In this document: piece by piece, positions 9,798 through 22,757 of the stretch
How positions within the stretch are numbered: the stretch's first letter is position 1
Layout of the letters: the number at the start of each line of letters is the position of its first letter
Source: Paraspadella gotoi
Lineage: Eukaryota > Animalia > Chaetognatha
Assembly (NCBI GenBank): GCA_051294375.1
Contig: CM119266.1
Coordinates: 24,354,411 to 24,418,410, forward strand
Length of the DNA stretch: 64,000 nt
Reading direction: 5' to 3'
Translations under genes and position numbers: made by a program
The notes under the pieces: generated by a model
Database searches by the model: none
Seen by the model: only the letters and a program-made list of their open reading frames with translations
What the model was told of the DNA's origin: nothing

Positions 9798-10726
9798 GTT
9801 CGTCGTTGACGGGTTTGAGTTTTGCTTGTGTTATATGTCGATAACTCTAGTGCTGAAGGGCGATCTTATTTTTAAAAAAAGAAAGGCTTGAGTCAGAATG
9901 CCATGACTACTTGACGTTCGTTGCCTAATTTCGTTGTTTATAAAATAAAAAAAACACGTACATGAATATATAAGTCATTGAAATATTAATTGTTAATTTT
10001 TTTTCCGGTACGCACGAAAATATTTAATTTTGACTGAAAAAGGTGAACTTTTGAACTTCGTGAGATTCCTCACTAATTCGAGGCATCGTTACGACCAACC
10101 GGTTGGACTATCCGAAAGAGAGAATTCTCCAGGATGAACTTTTAGCCTCTTGTTTACCGTTAAAACGGGAAAAGATGATTGTGATAAAACTTTTTTAGAA
10201 CTAATGCTTAAGTAGTTTTTTTACGCAGGAACGTGTGAGTTTTAAAAATTTTAAAATTATCTGAGATCTTGAGACCACGAGAATTTCTTTAATTTTTTTC
10301 ATATAGCTATTTAAATGCGTTTCTTCAGCATTGATTTTGGGCAATATACGTAATACTGTTTGTTTAAAGTTCTTTAACTTAACCAGTGTATTACGCCAAT
10401 TTTTAGATTTCACACCTTGCCTCATAATTCGACTAGTATGTCAACTCTAGAGTGAGGAAGCTACTTAGCTGAATCCATCAGCAAGAAAAAAGCGACCAGA
10501 AAAAAATATTTCTCAGTTTTAATGAAAGATTAAACGAAATTAAATTTTTGTATACAACGAAATAGACTAATGATTAAGTGTGAAGGGCTTGCAAATCCAT
10601 TTAAAAAAATATATATATTGTCTAATACGCCGAACCCATTCCAACAAATTCGTGATCTGAAATCACCCCCCTTCTTCTCTCTATCATCTCATTCCCTCAC
10701 TGCACTCCTCATCTTCAACACTCTCT

Positions 10727-11002
10727 TCAACACCCACCCTCCACCACCCTCCATCTCTCCTCCACTCCATCGAACCCCACCTCCCACAACATGGTCAACA
10801 CCTCCCAGCCTTTGATCTGCGTGTAGGAGATGTGCTCGTTGCCCGGACGATTCCGCGCGTTGACGGCGCCGCGGACGAGCGACGCCGCCACGCGCCGCAG
10901 CGCCGGCGCGACGGCCGCTCGATCGGCGGGAGAGAGAGGGAGAAGAGAGACGAAGCCGCGTTGGACGAGCCGCCGATGTCGAGGGGTGTAGATGGAAGGA
11001 CA
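10727..11002 (-). CDS. HYKK: Hydroxylysine kinase-like gene, exon 4
   Basis: Acceptor CCCCAG|TGT; GFVSLLPLSPADRAAV...ASLVRGAVNARNRPGNEHISYTQIKGWEVL..LWEVGFDGVEERW resembles the HYKK C-terminus; TGA at 10727. Confidence 0.85.
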   Translation of the reverse strand, partial: CPSIYTPRHRRLVQRGFVSLLPLSPADRAAVAPALRRVAASLVRGAVNARNRPGNEHISYTQIKGWEVLTMLWEVGFDGVEERWRVVEGGC

Positions 11003-11247
11003 CTGGGGGTGGAAGGGGATATTTACTAAAGTATTTAGTGTACAATGACAATTGGACATGTCAAATGAAACTCTACTAGGTTACTTTGTCAGAATATTGA
11101 CAAATATCTAGGTTTAATTATGTTTATTTGTAAACAATAGCATTTAAAATTTTGTATTAAACATTTTGATCAAAAGTATCATTGCGTTTCCTTCCTTTAT
11201 TGAACATTTGGCTATAGCGATTCTTTAAATATTATTTTTCCTCTGAC

Positions 11248-11551
11248 CTCTAACATGAGATAAGCGATGAAAAGTCCGATCTCGAAGGCCCAGTATCCCC
11301 GGTAAGTCTCACTGAAATCGATCACGCCGCCCACCATAAATTCCTCTTTCTTTTCTTCCTTCTCCTCCTCCTTTCGTTTCTTCCTCAAAATCAAGTTTCC
11401 TTCGTTCAAATCTCCGTGAATCTGTCTCGGGGTCATGTGATCCAAAAGCGGCGCCAATCGTGACTCGATCGCGGCGACAATTTCGCGAACGACGCGACGC
11501 CGGTTGACGCCGTTGGTGACGGCGTCAGCGGAGATGGAGTAATCGAGACGA
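11248..11551 (-). CDS. HYKK: Hydroxylysine kinase-like gene, exon 3 (APH/choline-kinase-fold catalytic core)
   Basis: Acceptor CCAG|T; Brenner motif IHGDLNEGNLIL, GGVIDFSE, GYWAFEIGLFIAYLMLE; donor GAG|GTCAGA. Confidence 0.9.
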
Positions 11552-11666
11552 CTGGTTAACGGTTAAGAATTGTTAATGGTTATTGCGAGGCTGGAACCCC
11601 CTCGTCCAAAGCAAACTTCGATTAATTCTTCAAACCCCAGAGCGACCTACCTCGCCCTGTCCTTAC

Positions 11667-11970
11667 CCGAGTATTCGCCCAACATTGAGCGTCTGCCACA
11701 AATCTCGGTGACGATAATCATCGAAGACTTTGTCCTCGAAATCCTCGAGCGCCTCGTCGATCCTCGCGGCGGCGCGACCCGCCTCCACGAAAAGCTCCGC
11801 CGTGCAGTCGACGAACTTCAAAGGAATTCCGGGCAGAAAGGTGAGGACGCGACCGAGATGGGAGGTGCTGCCCTCGTGGGTCGGAGAGAGGAGCGGGAAA
11901 ATTGCGAAGGGTTGGCCGGTGAGGGTCGCCACGGTGCCTGTCGTTCGGATGGATGGAGTTGGCGTGGAGG
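11667..11970 (-). CDS. HYKK: Hydroxylysine kinase-like gene, exon 2
   Basis: RVLTFLPGIPL...AELFVEAGRAAARIDEALEDF...LWQTLNV; donor GG|GTAAGG at 11666. Acceptor not cleanly readable. Confidence 0.8.
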
Positions 11971-11987
11971 TTTATAACACACTATTA

Positions 11988-12084
<97 letters not shown>

Positions 12085-12107
12085 CAACAACATCCCCACT
12101 ACTCACG

Positions 12108-12506
12108 TTGCACCCAAATGCGGAACACTTGCGACGAACGGGACTGATGACGGAGGTCTGAGCTTCGTAGGCGAAGGCGTGGCGAGAGTCGAAAGCTGTT
12201 GGTACTTTGAAGACGAATCCTGGAGTGGCGGGGGTGATGGTGGAAAGGGTGGAACGGGGAGAAGAGGTTGGAGGTGTGTCATTGTTGTTCTCGTCGTCGT
12301 CTTCGTCGTCGTTGTAAACTCGACGCACTCTACGTTCGATGCCGTGAAAAAAAGTTTTGTCTTCGTAGTACGAGTTGCTTCTAGCCCGCATCTAAACCGA
12401 AAGTTGCTTCAAGATGCGAAACTACTCGTCGACGCTCAGGTTAAAGGCGACGTCGTCGTAATCTGCTTCGCTGTTTTTTTCGTGGTTTGATTTTGTTTTC
12501 TGACAT
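12108..12506 (-). CDS. HYKK: Hydroxylysine kinase-like gene, exon 1 (frameshifted)
   Basis: Fragments NLSVDE..VSHLEATFGL, KQL..YEDK.NF and FVFKV match the HYKK N-terminus across frames; donor GTGAGT at ~12107. Confidence 0.6.
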
Positions 12507-13470
12507 GGTTTTGTTTTTCAAAACAAAAACGCGAAGAAAAATAAGAAAAAATTGTGTTAAAATCAGAAAGACGATGAAATATGTAGTTAAAAAATGTCGA
12601 CAAAATTAATAAAGAGAGTTTTTAATTGTATATTCAGCTTTCGTAGAAATAAAATTAATTTTTGAACGTATTTTGTTCTCCAAACTTTTTCTCGTGCCTT
12701 CAGTTGCTAATTAGATTACTTCTAAAATCCATCTTCACTCTCTCTTTCTACGTATACTGATGAAACAGCCGATTTACCACATTAACCTAGTCTAGGTGAT
12801 CCGAACGACAGTCAAAGAACGAGACGAGAACACTGCGATATCTCAGAGCATCTGAGTTGTAGATGGTCGTCCGGACTTTACACGAAGAAAGTTCAGTTTA
12901 CGATTGTGAATTCAATCGGAAATATGAGATTAAAAAAAAAAAATTAAAAAAAGTAAAGTTCTCAAAACATGACAGAATTTAAAAAAAATATGGGAGATTA
13001 AATGTTTGGAAGGTGTTTGTTTAACTTTCACAAAACAATGAAAAAAATTCACAAAGTGTGCAGAAAGCAAAACTGATCTTTCCAATTTTTATTGTCTTGT
13101 CATTTTCCTGTATTATTCTTGATTTTTCAAATCGTCCTAATCTTTTGTTTAAACTTTGAAAAACAGTTTTTCTTTGCTCTTACGGAACAATTGGACAACT
13201 TGCGAATTTTCCTACGAGATGGCAGAGTAATAGCTCTTGGTCTAAAAACTCAGCTAAAAACAAAAGCAGAAACAGTTGACTTTGGTCGATCAGCTTTTAT
13301 GTACGTATATATGAATAAAACCTATTGTATTATTCATTCAATTATTTATTTGTATTTATTATGAGCGTCAAAATCGCTCTTTTCTTTCCATGAATTCTAT
13401 TGCAATGGGAAATAATTGACCGCGGCCCTTAGAATATATCCGAAAAAGTCAGTTTGAACTAAAAAAAAAA

Positions 13471-13508
13471 TTCGTTTATCGTTTCAGATAAAACGAGCGA
13501 AACGAGCG

Positions 13509-13548
<40 letters not shown>

Positions 13549-13617
13549 TTTACCGATACAAATCAAACCCGATCACAATCGCTCGTTTAGCTCGTTTTAT
13601 CTGAAACGATAAACGAA
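13471..13617. repeat. 43-bp inverted repeat (1 mismatch) around a 61-bp (TA)n-containing spacer; MITE-like
   Basis: 13471-13513 TTCGTTTATCGTTTCAGATAAAACGAGCGAAACGAGCGATTGT is the reverse complement of 13575-13617. Confidence 0.9.
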
Positions 13618-15307
13618 ATTTTTGATACAGTGACACACATCAACACAATTAAATTAATTTAAAATTTCTAGATATTCTATCTTCCATCTTAGTATTTTAT
13701 CAATGTATCTCATTGCTCCTACAGTAAAGAACCGCCGAGAAGTTCCTCACTTCATTTCACGCCTTGACCGCTCCTCCCGCCATGACCGCTCTGACCGCCC
13801 TGACCGCCCGGACTTTCCGTCCCGCTTGGCCCGCATGAAGCCTTTCCTTTCAATTCTGCGCCACAAAAGAATTAATTACTCGTGGCGATCGAGGGTCGTC
13901 GTCGTCGTCGTCATTTCCCTTTCGCGCGTCGCATCATTGAATTCCCCCCCCCCCATTTACTCTCCCTTTTTTCAATCGTCATCGAATTTTTTTTTTTAAA
14001 TCTAATTTAATTAAATCAACCCTGGAATTAAAAAGGGGAAAACGCTTGGTTCGCTTGCGGGATGTTTTTATGTCATTTGGGTCCATCTGAAGAGAGAATG
14101 ATAACATTTGAATTTTTATTCCGCTTATTAATTACATCCCTTTTTACTCTTTAAAACCATGTTTTACCATTTTAAATATTTTTTGTCTTAGTTCTTTTAT
14201 TATTAACTTTGAGAACGATGCAGACGTTGCAGACGACGAAGTCGACGACTACAACAACAACAACGAACGGCGCCAATTCTTTTTTGCGCCCTTGAAAGCG
14301 CGGGAAAAAAANNNNNNNNNNNNNNNNNNNNNNNNNNNNNNNNNNNNNNNNNNNNNNNNNNNNNNNNNNNNNNNNNNNNNNNNNNNNNNNNNNNNNNNNN
14401 NNNNNNNNNNNNNNNNNNNNNNNNNNNNNNNNNNNNNNNNNNNNNNNNNNNNNNNNNNNNNNNNNNNNNNNNNNNNNNNNNNNNNNNNNNNNNNNNNNNN
14501 NNNNNNNNNNNNNNNNNNNNNNNNNNNNNNNNNNNNNNNNNNNNNNNNNNNNNNNNNNNNNNNNNNNNNNNNNNNNNNNNNNNNNNNNNNNNNNNNNNNN
14601 NNNNNNNNNNNNNNNNNNNNNNNNNNNNNNNNNNNNNNNNNNNNNNNNNNNNNNNNNNNNNNNNNNNNNNNNNNNNNNNNNNNNNNNNNNNNNNNNNNNN
14701 NNNNNNNNNNNNNNNNNNNNNNNNNNNNNNNNNNNNNNNNNNNNNNNNNNNNNNNNNNNNNNNNNNNNNNNNNNNNNNNNNNNNNNNNNNNNNNNNNNNN
14801 NNNNNNNNNNNNNNNNNNNNNNNNNNNNNNNNNNNNNNNNNNNNNNNNNNNNNNNNNNNNNNNNNNNNNNNNNNNNNNNNNNNNNNNNNNNNNNNNNNNN
14901 NNNNNNNNNNNNNNNNNNNNNNNNNNNNNNNNNNNNNNNNNNNNNNNNNNNNNNNNNNNNNNNNNNNNNNNNNNATCAGTAATGTTCGTAGAAATAAGGA
15001 AAATTAGATAAAAAATCGTGATTCAACGCTTAATGATCCGAACTTTTATTTTTTTAGAAAAGGAAAGCTAATTTTCATTTCTTTGCGCACGCTATTGTCC
15101 CTTCAAAGATTATTAGTACCAATTTTATTTTTAAAACTAATCAAGAAANNNNNNNNNNAAAAATGAAAGACTATATATATTTAAAAAAAAAACTGAGTTC
15201 ATTGAGTGTAATTCCATTTTTGTTTATCAAGACGAGGAAACGAAAAATAATTCCACAACGAAAAACAAGCGACTAAATCGGCTCAATCCCAAGTCGGTCA
15301 TCGGCGA

Positions 15308-15320
15308 AGGTCAAGGGTCA
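15308..15320 (+). promoter_or_regulatory. Nuclear receptor DR1-type motif AGGTCA-A-GGGTCA
   Basis: Motif match inside a GC-rich island with extra GGGTCA half-sites (~15409, ~15431); function unproven. Confidence 0.3.
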
Positions 15321-16637
15321 TGGCGGACACGGGCTCGGGGTCGGGGGAGCCGCGTCGGCGGGGTCGAACGCGACCCTGAGGGGGCGCGAACGATGCCCAG
15401 ATTCTCCGGGGTCAACCGCGGAGGGGGAGAGGGTCAAAGGAAAACATCGGTCGCGAGGGAACTTCGTCATTTCTGTATTTGCAGACGATTTGAGTGCGAG
15501 GGGGGGAATTGTGTGTTTTCAAGTGTGTGTGTGTTTGACTGTATGAGTTTACGTATGGCTGAAAGTCTGTCTGTCTGTTTTCATGTGTGAATGAGTGTGT
15601 GAGAAAGTTGATGCGTGAGATAAAGAAAGTCGAAATGGAGACCGACAATAGCGACATCTGCGATTCAGCGACATATTTTTTTCCCCTAATGTTTTTCATC
15701 GTAATTCTCTTTATTCTACTATTGGCCTCAAGCTCGCTTAGTCACTTTTATTATTTTCTTTTATTTGATTCACTCATTTCCCTTTCATTCCTTTTTTCCT
15801 TTTTCGATTCTCACCTGAAAGGAAAAATCGTTCTGTCTCAAGGACTTTTTCGCTTCNNNNNNNNNNNNNNNNNNNNNNNNNNNNNNNNNNNNNNNNNNNN
15901 NNNNNNNNNNNNNNNNNNNNNNNNNNNNNNNNNNNNNNNNNNNNNNNNNNNNNNNNNNNNNNNNNNNNNNNNNNNNNNNNNNNNNNNNNNNNNNNNNNNN
16001 NNNNNNNNNNNNNNNNNNNNNNNNNNNNNNNNNNNNNNNNNNNNNNNNNNNNNNNNNNNNNNNNNNNNNNNNNNNNNNNNNNNNNNNNNNNNNNNNNNNN
16101 NNNNNNNNNNNNNNNNNNNNNNNNNNNNNNNNNNNNNNNNNNNNNNNNNNNNNNNNNNNNNNNNNNNNNNNNNNNNNNNNNNNNNNNNCGCACAAACAGA
16201 GAAAAAAAAAGCAAGAAGTCATTCATATGCAAATGCTATTTCCGCACCGCGAGCATTGTTTGCATTCTCGACCGACGTTCTCGTCGGAAAGAGGAGAAAA
16301 AAATATATCTCTCTCTTTCTCTCTGTTTTGCTGTTTCGTTCTACTTTTTTTGAACGGACACTAACCGACAGAGGGATTTCTAAAGTTTTTTGCCCGGCTT
16401 AGGGTTTTCGGTCACCGAAATATTCTATTTTTTTCACTCTCGCAGTATCTCAGCTCTGACCGCCAATCTTCCAAACCACTCTCTGCCTTACCCACAAACC
16501 CCCATCTTCCCTCCCACCCTCTTCTCCACTCCTCCCCGAGATTCGTCCAATTATTTTCTCATTTTCTTGTTTACGCGACTTTTTTTTGTCCGTCGTTTTC
16601 GTCCTCCGCGTTTGTCCAAAAAGATCCCCCTCCCCCG

Positions 16638-16848
16638 TAAAGCTCCTCTCCCCTTAAAGCTCCTCTCCCCCTAAAGCTCCTCTCCCTTAACGCTCCTCTC
16701 CCCTTAAAGCTCCTCTCCCCTTAAAGCCTCCCTTCCTCTAAAGTTCCTCTCCAATTAAAGCTCCTCCTCCCTTAAAGCTTCTCTCCCCTTAAAGCTTCCC
16801 TCCCCTCCAGCTTCCTTTCCTCTAAAGCTGCCCTCCCACTCAAGCTTT
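16638..16848. repeat. 17-bp minisatellite (TAAAGCTCCTCTCCCCT), ~12 units, degenerating rightwards
   Basis: Read directly from sequence. Confidence 0.92.
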
Positions 16849-17213
16849 AATAAAGGAGGACAAAGAATCAGCTACTCCGTTTGACCATTAGGACGTACAG
16901 TCGTACACATATTTCCCTTATAATTAGAGTTTTACCTCGTTTTATAAATTGGTTTGGTGAACATATATTTTTGCACAAAACTTAACCTAAATACAAAATT
17001 TAAAAAAATCCTTGAGTCTAGAAACCTCTTTCACAACCTCAATAGTCAATACTAAAATGTAATATTTATTTTCCAATTTCCTTATCATTTTTTTTCCATT
17101 TCTTGTTTTCNNNNNNNNNNNNNNNNNNNNNNNNNNNNNNNNNNNNNNNNNNNNNNNCGTGGAGACGTGTGGAACCGTTGTGAAATAGGGAGAGAGAGAA
17201 GAGAGGAGAGAGT

Positions 17214-17250
<37 letters not shown>

Positions 17251-18888
17251 GCATGAGAGAGAGAGAAAGTGCGAAGAGGGGTGAAGTGTGTGCAGGGCTG
17301 AGATTCATGACCTTCGAATAAGGGTGGAAGAAAGAGGGGAAAATGTTGAAAAAAAGCAAAGGAGGAACCGAAAAGGGAAGTGTGAATCAAAAGAAATGTC
17401 CCCGCTTTATTAATTTTTCACGAGGCGCCGCGTCTCTCGCCTCTCGTGATTCGAGGAGGAATCCTCTCCGATTTCCGCCATTTCCGAGAAATCGGAAAAT
17501 TCCAGAAACTCGACTGGTTTTTAACCCTTCGATCGACGGGAGCAGGGGGCCATATAGGGGAGTGCGAGAAGCAAGTCGATACCCGTTCGAGGCTTTCTAA
17601 AGCCTTTCGTCTGTCGAGGCCTGAGACATTGTAACAAGACCTCTTGAGCGGTTGACAAATTAGATCATCGCACAGTTTCCACCTTCACACAACTTTTCTT
17701 TGTCCGTTAATCTCTGAGCATCATAATTCACGAGCCCCTCCCTTTTTTGCGAAATGTTTTCTACTCCTTACCTGAATTCTTCTCTTTTTTTTTATTTGTT
17801 TAGTTTTTAATCCGAAATGTCGAGTATTTTTGTAAAATATAATTTACTGTTATGTTACTGTTATACTGTTGAATTAACTGTTAATGTTCGTTTTATTTTT
17901 CTAGAACCTTTGTTTATTCCTTCCATTTTTTCCATGCTTCAACTTCTTTCTCTCTCAACTTCCTAAATATAACACGGCTTTGATATTGTGTATTTTTCAA
18001 TCGTTCTATCTTTCTACCGACTACTTTCCTACTTTCCTACTTTCCTTTCCTCTACTTTACTCTATAAAGTTTTCATTTTCCCTTTCCTCCCACTTTCCTT
18101 TCCTTTCCTTTCCTTTCTCCTCCGCTGACGGCAAAATATCCGTCAAAGACGAAAAATAAAATGAGAAAATATGTAGCGAGATTTCCCTCACGCCGTGTTC
18201 TCTCTCTNNNNNNNNNNNNNNNNNNNNNNNNNNNNNNNNNNNNNNNNNNNNNNNNNNNNNNNNNNNNNNNNNNNNNNNNNNNNNNNNNNNNNNNNNNNNN
18301 NNNNNNNNNNNNNNNNNNNNNNNNNNNNNNNNNNNNNNNNNNNNNNNNNNNNNNNNNNNNNNNNNNNNNNNNNNNNNNNNNNNNNNNNNNNNNNNNNNNN
18401 NNNNNNNNNNNNNNNNNNNNNNNNNNNNNNNNNNNNNNNNNNNNNNNNNNNNNNNNNNNNNNNNNNNNNNNNNNNNNNNNNNNNNNNNNNNNNNNNNNNN
18501 NNNNNNNNNNNNNNNNNNNNNNNNNNNNNNNNNNNNNNNNNNNNNNNNNNNNNNNNNNNNNNNNNNNNNNNNNNNNNNNNNNNNNNNNNNNNNNNNNNNN
18601 NNNNNNNNNNNNNNNNNNNNNNNNNNGAGAGAGAGAGAGAGAGAGAGAGAGAGAGCATCGACTATGGTGATGATTTTCGCCCAAGATGACGTCATCACCA
18701 TCACGTGACAGTCACATGACGTAGCCTTACATTATTTTTATTACGCGCGAAAAAATATTCGTGTCACGATGACGACGACGCGTGATTTGGGCGAAGGCGG
18801 CGGCGGCGGCGGCAGCGGCAGCCGCAGCGGCGGAGACGTGATCGCGGGATGACAAAGTCGATTTTATGATTTCGTTTGGTACCTCTGC

Positions 18889-18902
18889 GTTACCATGGAA
18901 AC
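18889..18902. promoter_or_regulatory. RFX X-box GTTACCATGGAAAC
   Basis: Full match to GTTNCCATGGNAAC; E-boxes TCACGTGAC and GTCACATGAC at ~18701-18720. Confidence 0.4.
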
Positions 18903-20022
18903 CAAACGAGAATAAATCGATAATACGACTGAGAGCGATGATTGATGATGATTGATGATGACGTTGATTGCAGAAGATTATGATTATCAAAATGTTCTTA
19001 TAACCACTATTATAACTTCGAGTCACTGTTGCATGGTCGCCGATGTTGGAGCTAGGGATCGTGATGTGTAGTGATTTCAATTTTAAATGCAAGTAAATAC
19101 TACTAAATGTATGGTACATAAGAGATATATGTACTTTTCTATCGAATCGTTTGAATTACCGACTCGGCGAAGCGACACCGACGAAGTCAAACGACCAGAA
19201 CTCAAGCGACGGATTTCGCCGTTGACTTCCTCGATATTTAAATAATTTCATCGTTAACTTTTGTCTCATAAACAAAGACGTTTTTAAAATTTAAAATTCC
19301 GGAAGAATTCCGCGGAGAGAAAAAAAGAAAGGACAGAGAAGAAAAGCCGGAGAAAGAAAAGAGAGAAAAAAACTAGAGCCGAAAATTGACCGGATTTTCT
19401 CGGCTTCCGGGCGAACGGACCGAAACGGACGGCTGGACAGAAGTTCGGACAGAAATGGGGACAGAAACGAGGGGACGACGAGGCAGAAACGAAGAGCGCG
19501 ACAGAGATGGAGACACAAATGAGAGTCTCGACTCGAGAAATGNNNNNNNNNNNNNNNNNNNNNNNNNNNNNNNNNNNNNNNNNNNNNNNNNNNNNNNNNN
19601 NNNNNNNNNNNNNNNNNNNNNNNNNNNNNNNNNNNNNNNNGAGAGAGAGAGAGAGAGAGAGATAGAGAGACTTACAAGACATGTGTTGGATTCCCATTGT
19701 TGCCCCGGACGAAGTTTCACTCGGTTTCCCTTCCTCTCTCAATGGAACCCCCACACTCAAAGAATCCCGCGACAATTACCGCTTTGGTCGTCGTTGTGTT
19801 TGTGAGGTCTTGTGATCGTTATGATGATCCAGAGTTGTGATAGAAATGATAATAGAATAGGATTTGATAGTTATGATTAGGAAAGGAAATATAGCATGAA
19901 TAGAAATGAGAAAAAACTCCAGAAAAGTAAAAGGAAAGAAAGAAGAGAAAAAGTTTTTCCTTTATTTCATATCTAATATGCTCAACGCATCGCTGCACCA
20001 GTTGAGAGAACGAACAAAGACA

Positions 20023-20103
<81 letters not shown>

Positions 20104-21135
20104 CGTTAATGTCGGAAGTCGGGAAGAATCTATCCAGGCGTCAAAGAGGTAATTGCGTCGGGATACTTTTTTTTTCGTGGGGGGACGTGGTATGTTGACT
20201 GTGGGTTGTGGAGGGACGAAGAGAACAAAATTGGATCATGAGAGTAGGAGATCGTTCCGTTTTATTAAAGGCGCACGCGAAATTAACCGCAAATTTAATA
20301 ACGGATCGAGTTTATATGATCGGATTGAAGATGGAAGATTTAAATGAGCTCTCGGACCAGGTTGCCATTCATGTGTTACGACTTACGAGATTGACAAAAG
20401 AGAGCCAAACAAAATATCATTCAATGAATTTGTTTAGTTTTAGTATTATTAATATTGTTAATTAACGCTCGTGTTTCTAGATGGCGTCTTGTGAAGTCAA
20501 ATGATGGAACCTGTTATGATTACTAAATTACTTCATCATAACAACTATTTAAAAGTAATCAAAGATAAGGGTGAAAATTCCCACGGCGTTGAACTTTGAA
20601 TGTTGCTTTCTGGTTTTCAAATTATAAAATTAACTTGAAAATGTTTGTAACGCGAGTAACAGTTGTTTAAACGAAAAAAAATTATGTCATCAATGTCAAA
20701 CGTTACGAGATAGTTTTGAATTCGGTTAAGTTAAAAAACAACAATATTTCACCTGATCGCTGTCCCCAGTTCTTTTATAGACACTTTTGAACATAAATCA
20801 TTTTGCAACCTATTCATTTTTCACGTAACAAAAACTTTCCAACGCAACTTGAAATTAACGAAGCCCGTAAAGTCTATCACAACTCGTCGTACATCACTTG
20901 GCATAATCGGCATCGCATCAAACTCGGACAAACTCGTCTCCTAGCAACAGAATAACACTCAATCAACATATACGTCCCCCGTTCTATTTCGTTTTTACGC
21001 CCAGAAGATGGCGCTCCTTCATAAACTAAATCCCTGGTGGAAGTGATGGCCCCTTGTGAATTATTTCCTCCCTTTAAATAAAATAGAAAACAAAATCAAC
21101 ACTAAATACTTTAACTGTTCTCCTTTCGCGTTTTT

Positions 21136-21177
<42 letters not shown>

Positions 21178-22129
21178 GTGTCGGTGAAAATCGATAAGAG
21201 TCAAGTTTGTTATCCCGTCTCCATCTGTCGGATTTCGCGTTTCTTCTTTGATGTTAGCGAAATAAATGTTTGGGTCGCTTCGCCTTTTGTTTTTTCTCAT
21301 TTCGGACGATAAGTTGTTTCGCTTTGATTTTTCTGCTAACTCGTCCCCGTCCGCCAGGGGATTTTTTATTTCGCATAATTTTGTCGGTTTAGACGATTTG
21401 CGTTTTCCCGCGAGTTTTTTTTTTATTTTTTTTATTTTGTTTTGTTTTATTTTAAATCTGATCCGTTTGGTCCGGAAATCATTCGCTTATTCACCTCTCT
21501 TAACTTTTAACTCATACCTCTTAATATTTATTTATTCGATGCTATTCCTTCTTCTTTGCTCTCTCTCTCATTTTTTTAAATTTTTATTGCCACCATAACT
21601 ATTTTGTTAATATCTTCATAGATCTAATATTTCAAATTAATTTATTTCATTTTCTTTTCAAATCCGAGTTCGGGATATCAACTACCGTAAACCATTACAT
21701 ATCATATTTTCGTCTATTTCTCATTATTTTCTTCTTGTACTTCCCCCTCCTATCATTCCTCCCACTACTTTCTATCTGCCCCCCTTTTACCCACCCTTCC
21801 CCCCCCACCCCCACCCTCTTGTCCGCCACGGTGTTTGTGTCGGCGGCGTTTTTCTCTGATCTCGATTGACGCGTTTCGCGTTTACGTCAAAATCGACTAA
21901 ACAATTGGCTCGAGAACAAGTTGAGAATAAGCGACTTCACGTCGAAAAGATCGGATGAGAATTAGATTTTTGACGAGTAAAACGTATGTTGAAAACGTGT
22001 TACAGAGATAACATCTTTTAAAGAGGTGAATCTTTCAGTAGTATGACATGGTTTAATGTATTTAATGGTGGAAACCGAAAAAAACAAAAAAGATATAAAA
22101 TGTACGCGACAGTTGATCAATAACCATCT

Positions 22130-22182
<53 letters not shown>

Positions 22183-22679
22183 CACACTCACTCCCTCGGG
22201 AGAACAGTGTTCTATCACCGCCTCGTTCTCGTTATTTCGATCCTCGGGAGTAAAGTATCCTCGTCAGTGACGACGCCTGGATCGACGTTGAGAATCACGC
22301 TAATTGACGTCGTTTGTCCCGAATGAAATATGAATTTTTAACTTGCGTCGAGTGTCGCGGTTTCTTCGATTTCGCCGCCGTCAAACGCAGTCGTCATCAA
22401 TCGTCGTCGTCGTCGTCGTCGTCGTCGTCCTCATCTATTTTTCGTCTGGAGGTGCGCGATTTTTCGCTCGTTTGTTTTAATAAACCGATCGAAACTAAAG
22501 TAAATAAATCATGTTTAAATCGTTCCCATTAACAAATAAACAAACTGAATTGCTTAAACTACGCAAACTGAAAAAACAAGTATTTTTTTTTTCAATGCAA
22601 GAAATCGCTTTTTTTTATTTTGCTACAATTTTGAATTATAAAGAATTATGAATTTTAAAGATTCGACCAGTATGTTGCA

Positions 22680-22725
<46 letters not shown>

Positions 22726-22726
22726 G

Positions 22727-22757
<31 letters not shown>

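Noticed and set aside
7458-12506. Alternative genetic code (TAA/TAG as sense) suggested by in-frame stops in several frames
   Set aside because: The 627-aa MFS CDS has no internal TAR and uses CAA/CAG for Gln; ORF D copies interchange TAA and TGA as terminal stop; HYKK exon 1 stops resolve as frameshifts.
14292-19805. Long ORFs in the track spanning N runs or (GA)n/(CT)n
   Set aside because: Artifacts of gaps and stop-free microsatellites (SLSL/ERER translations).
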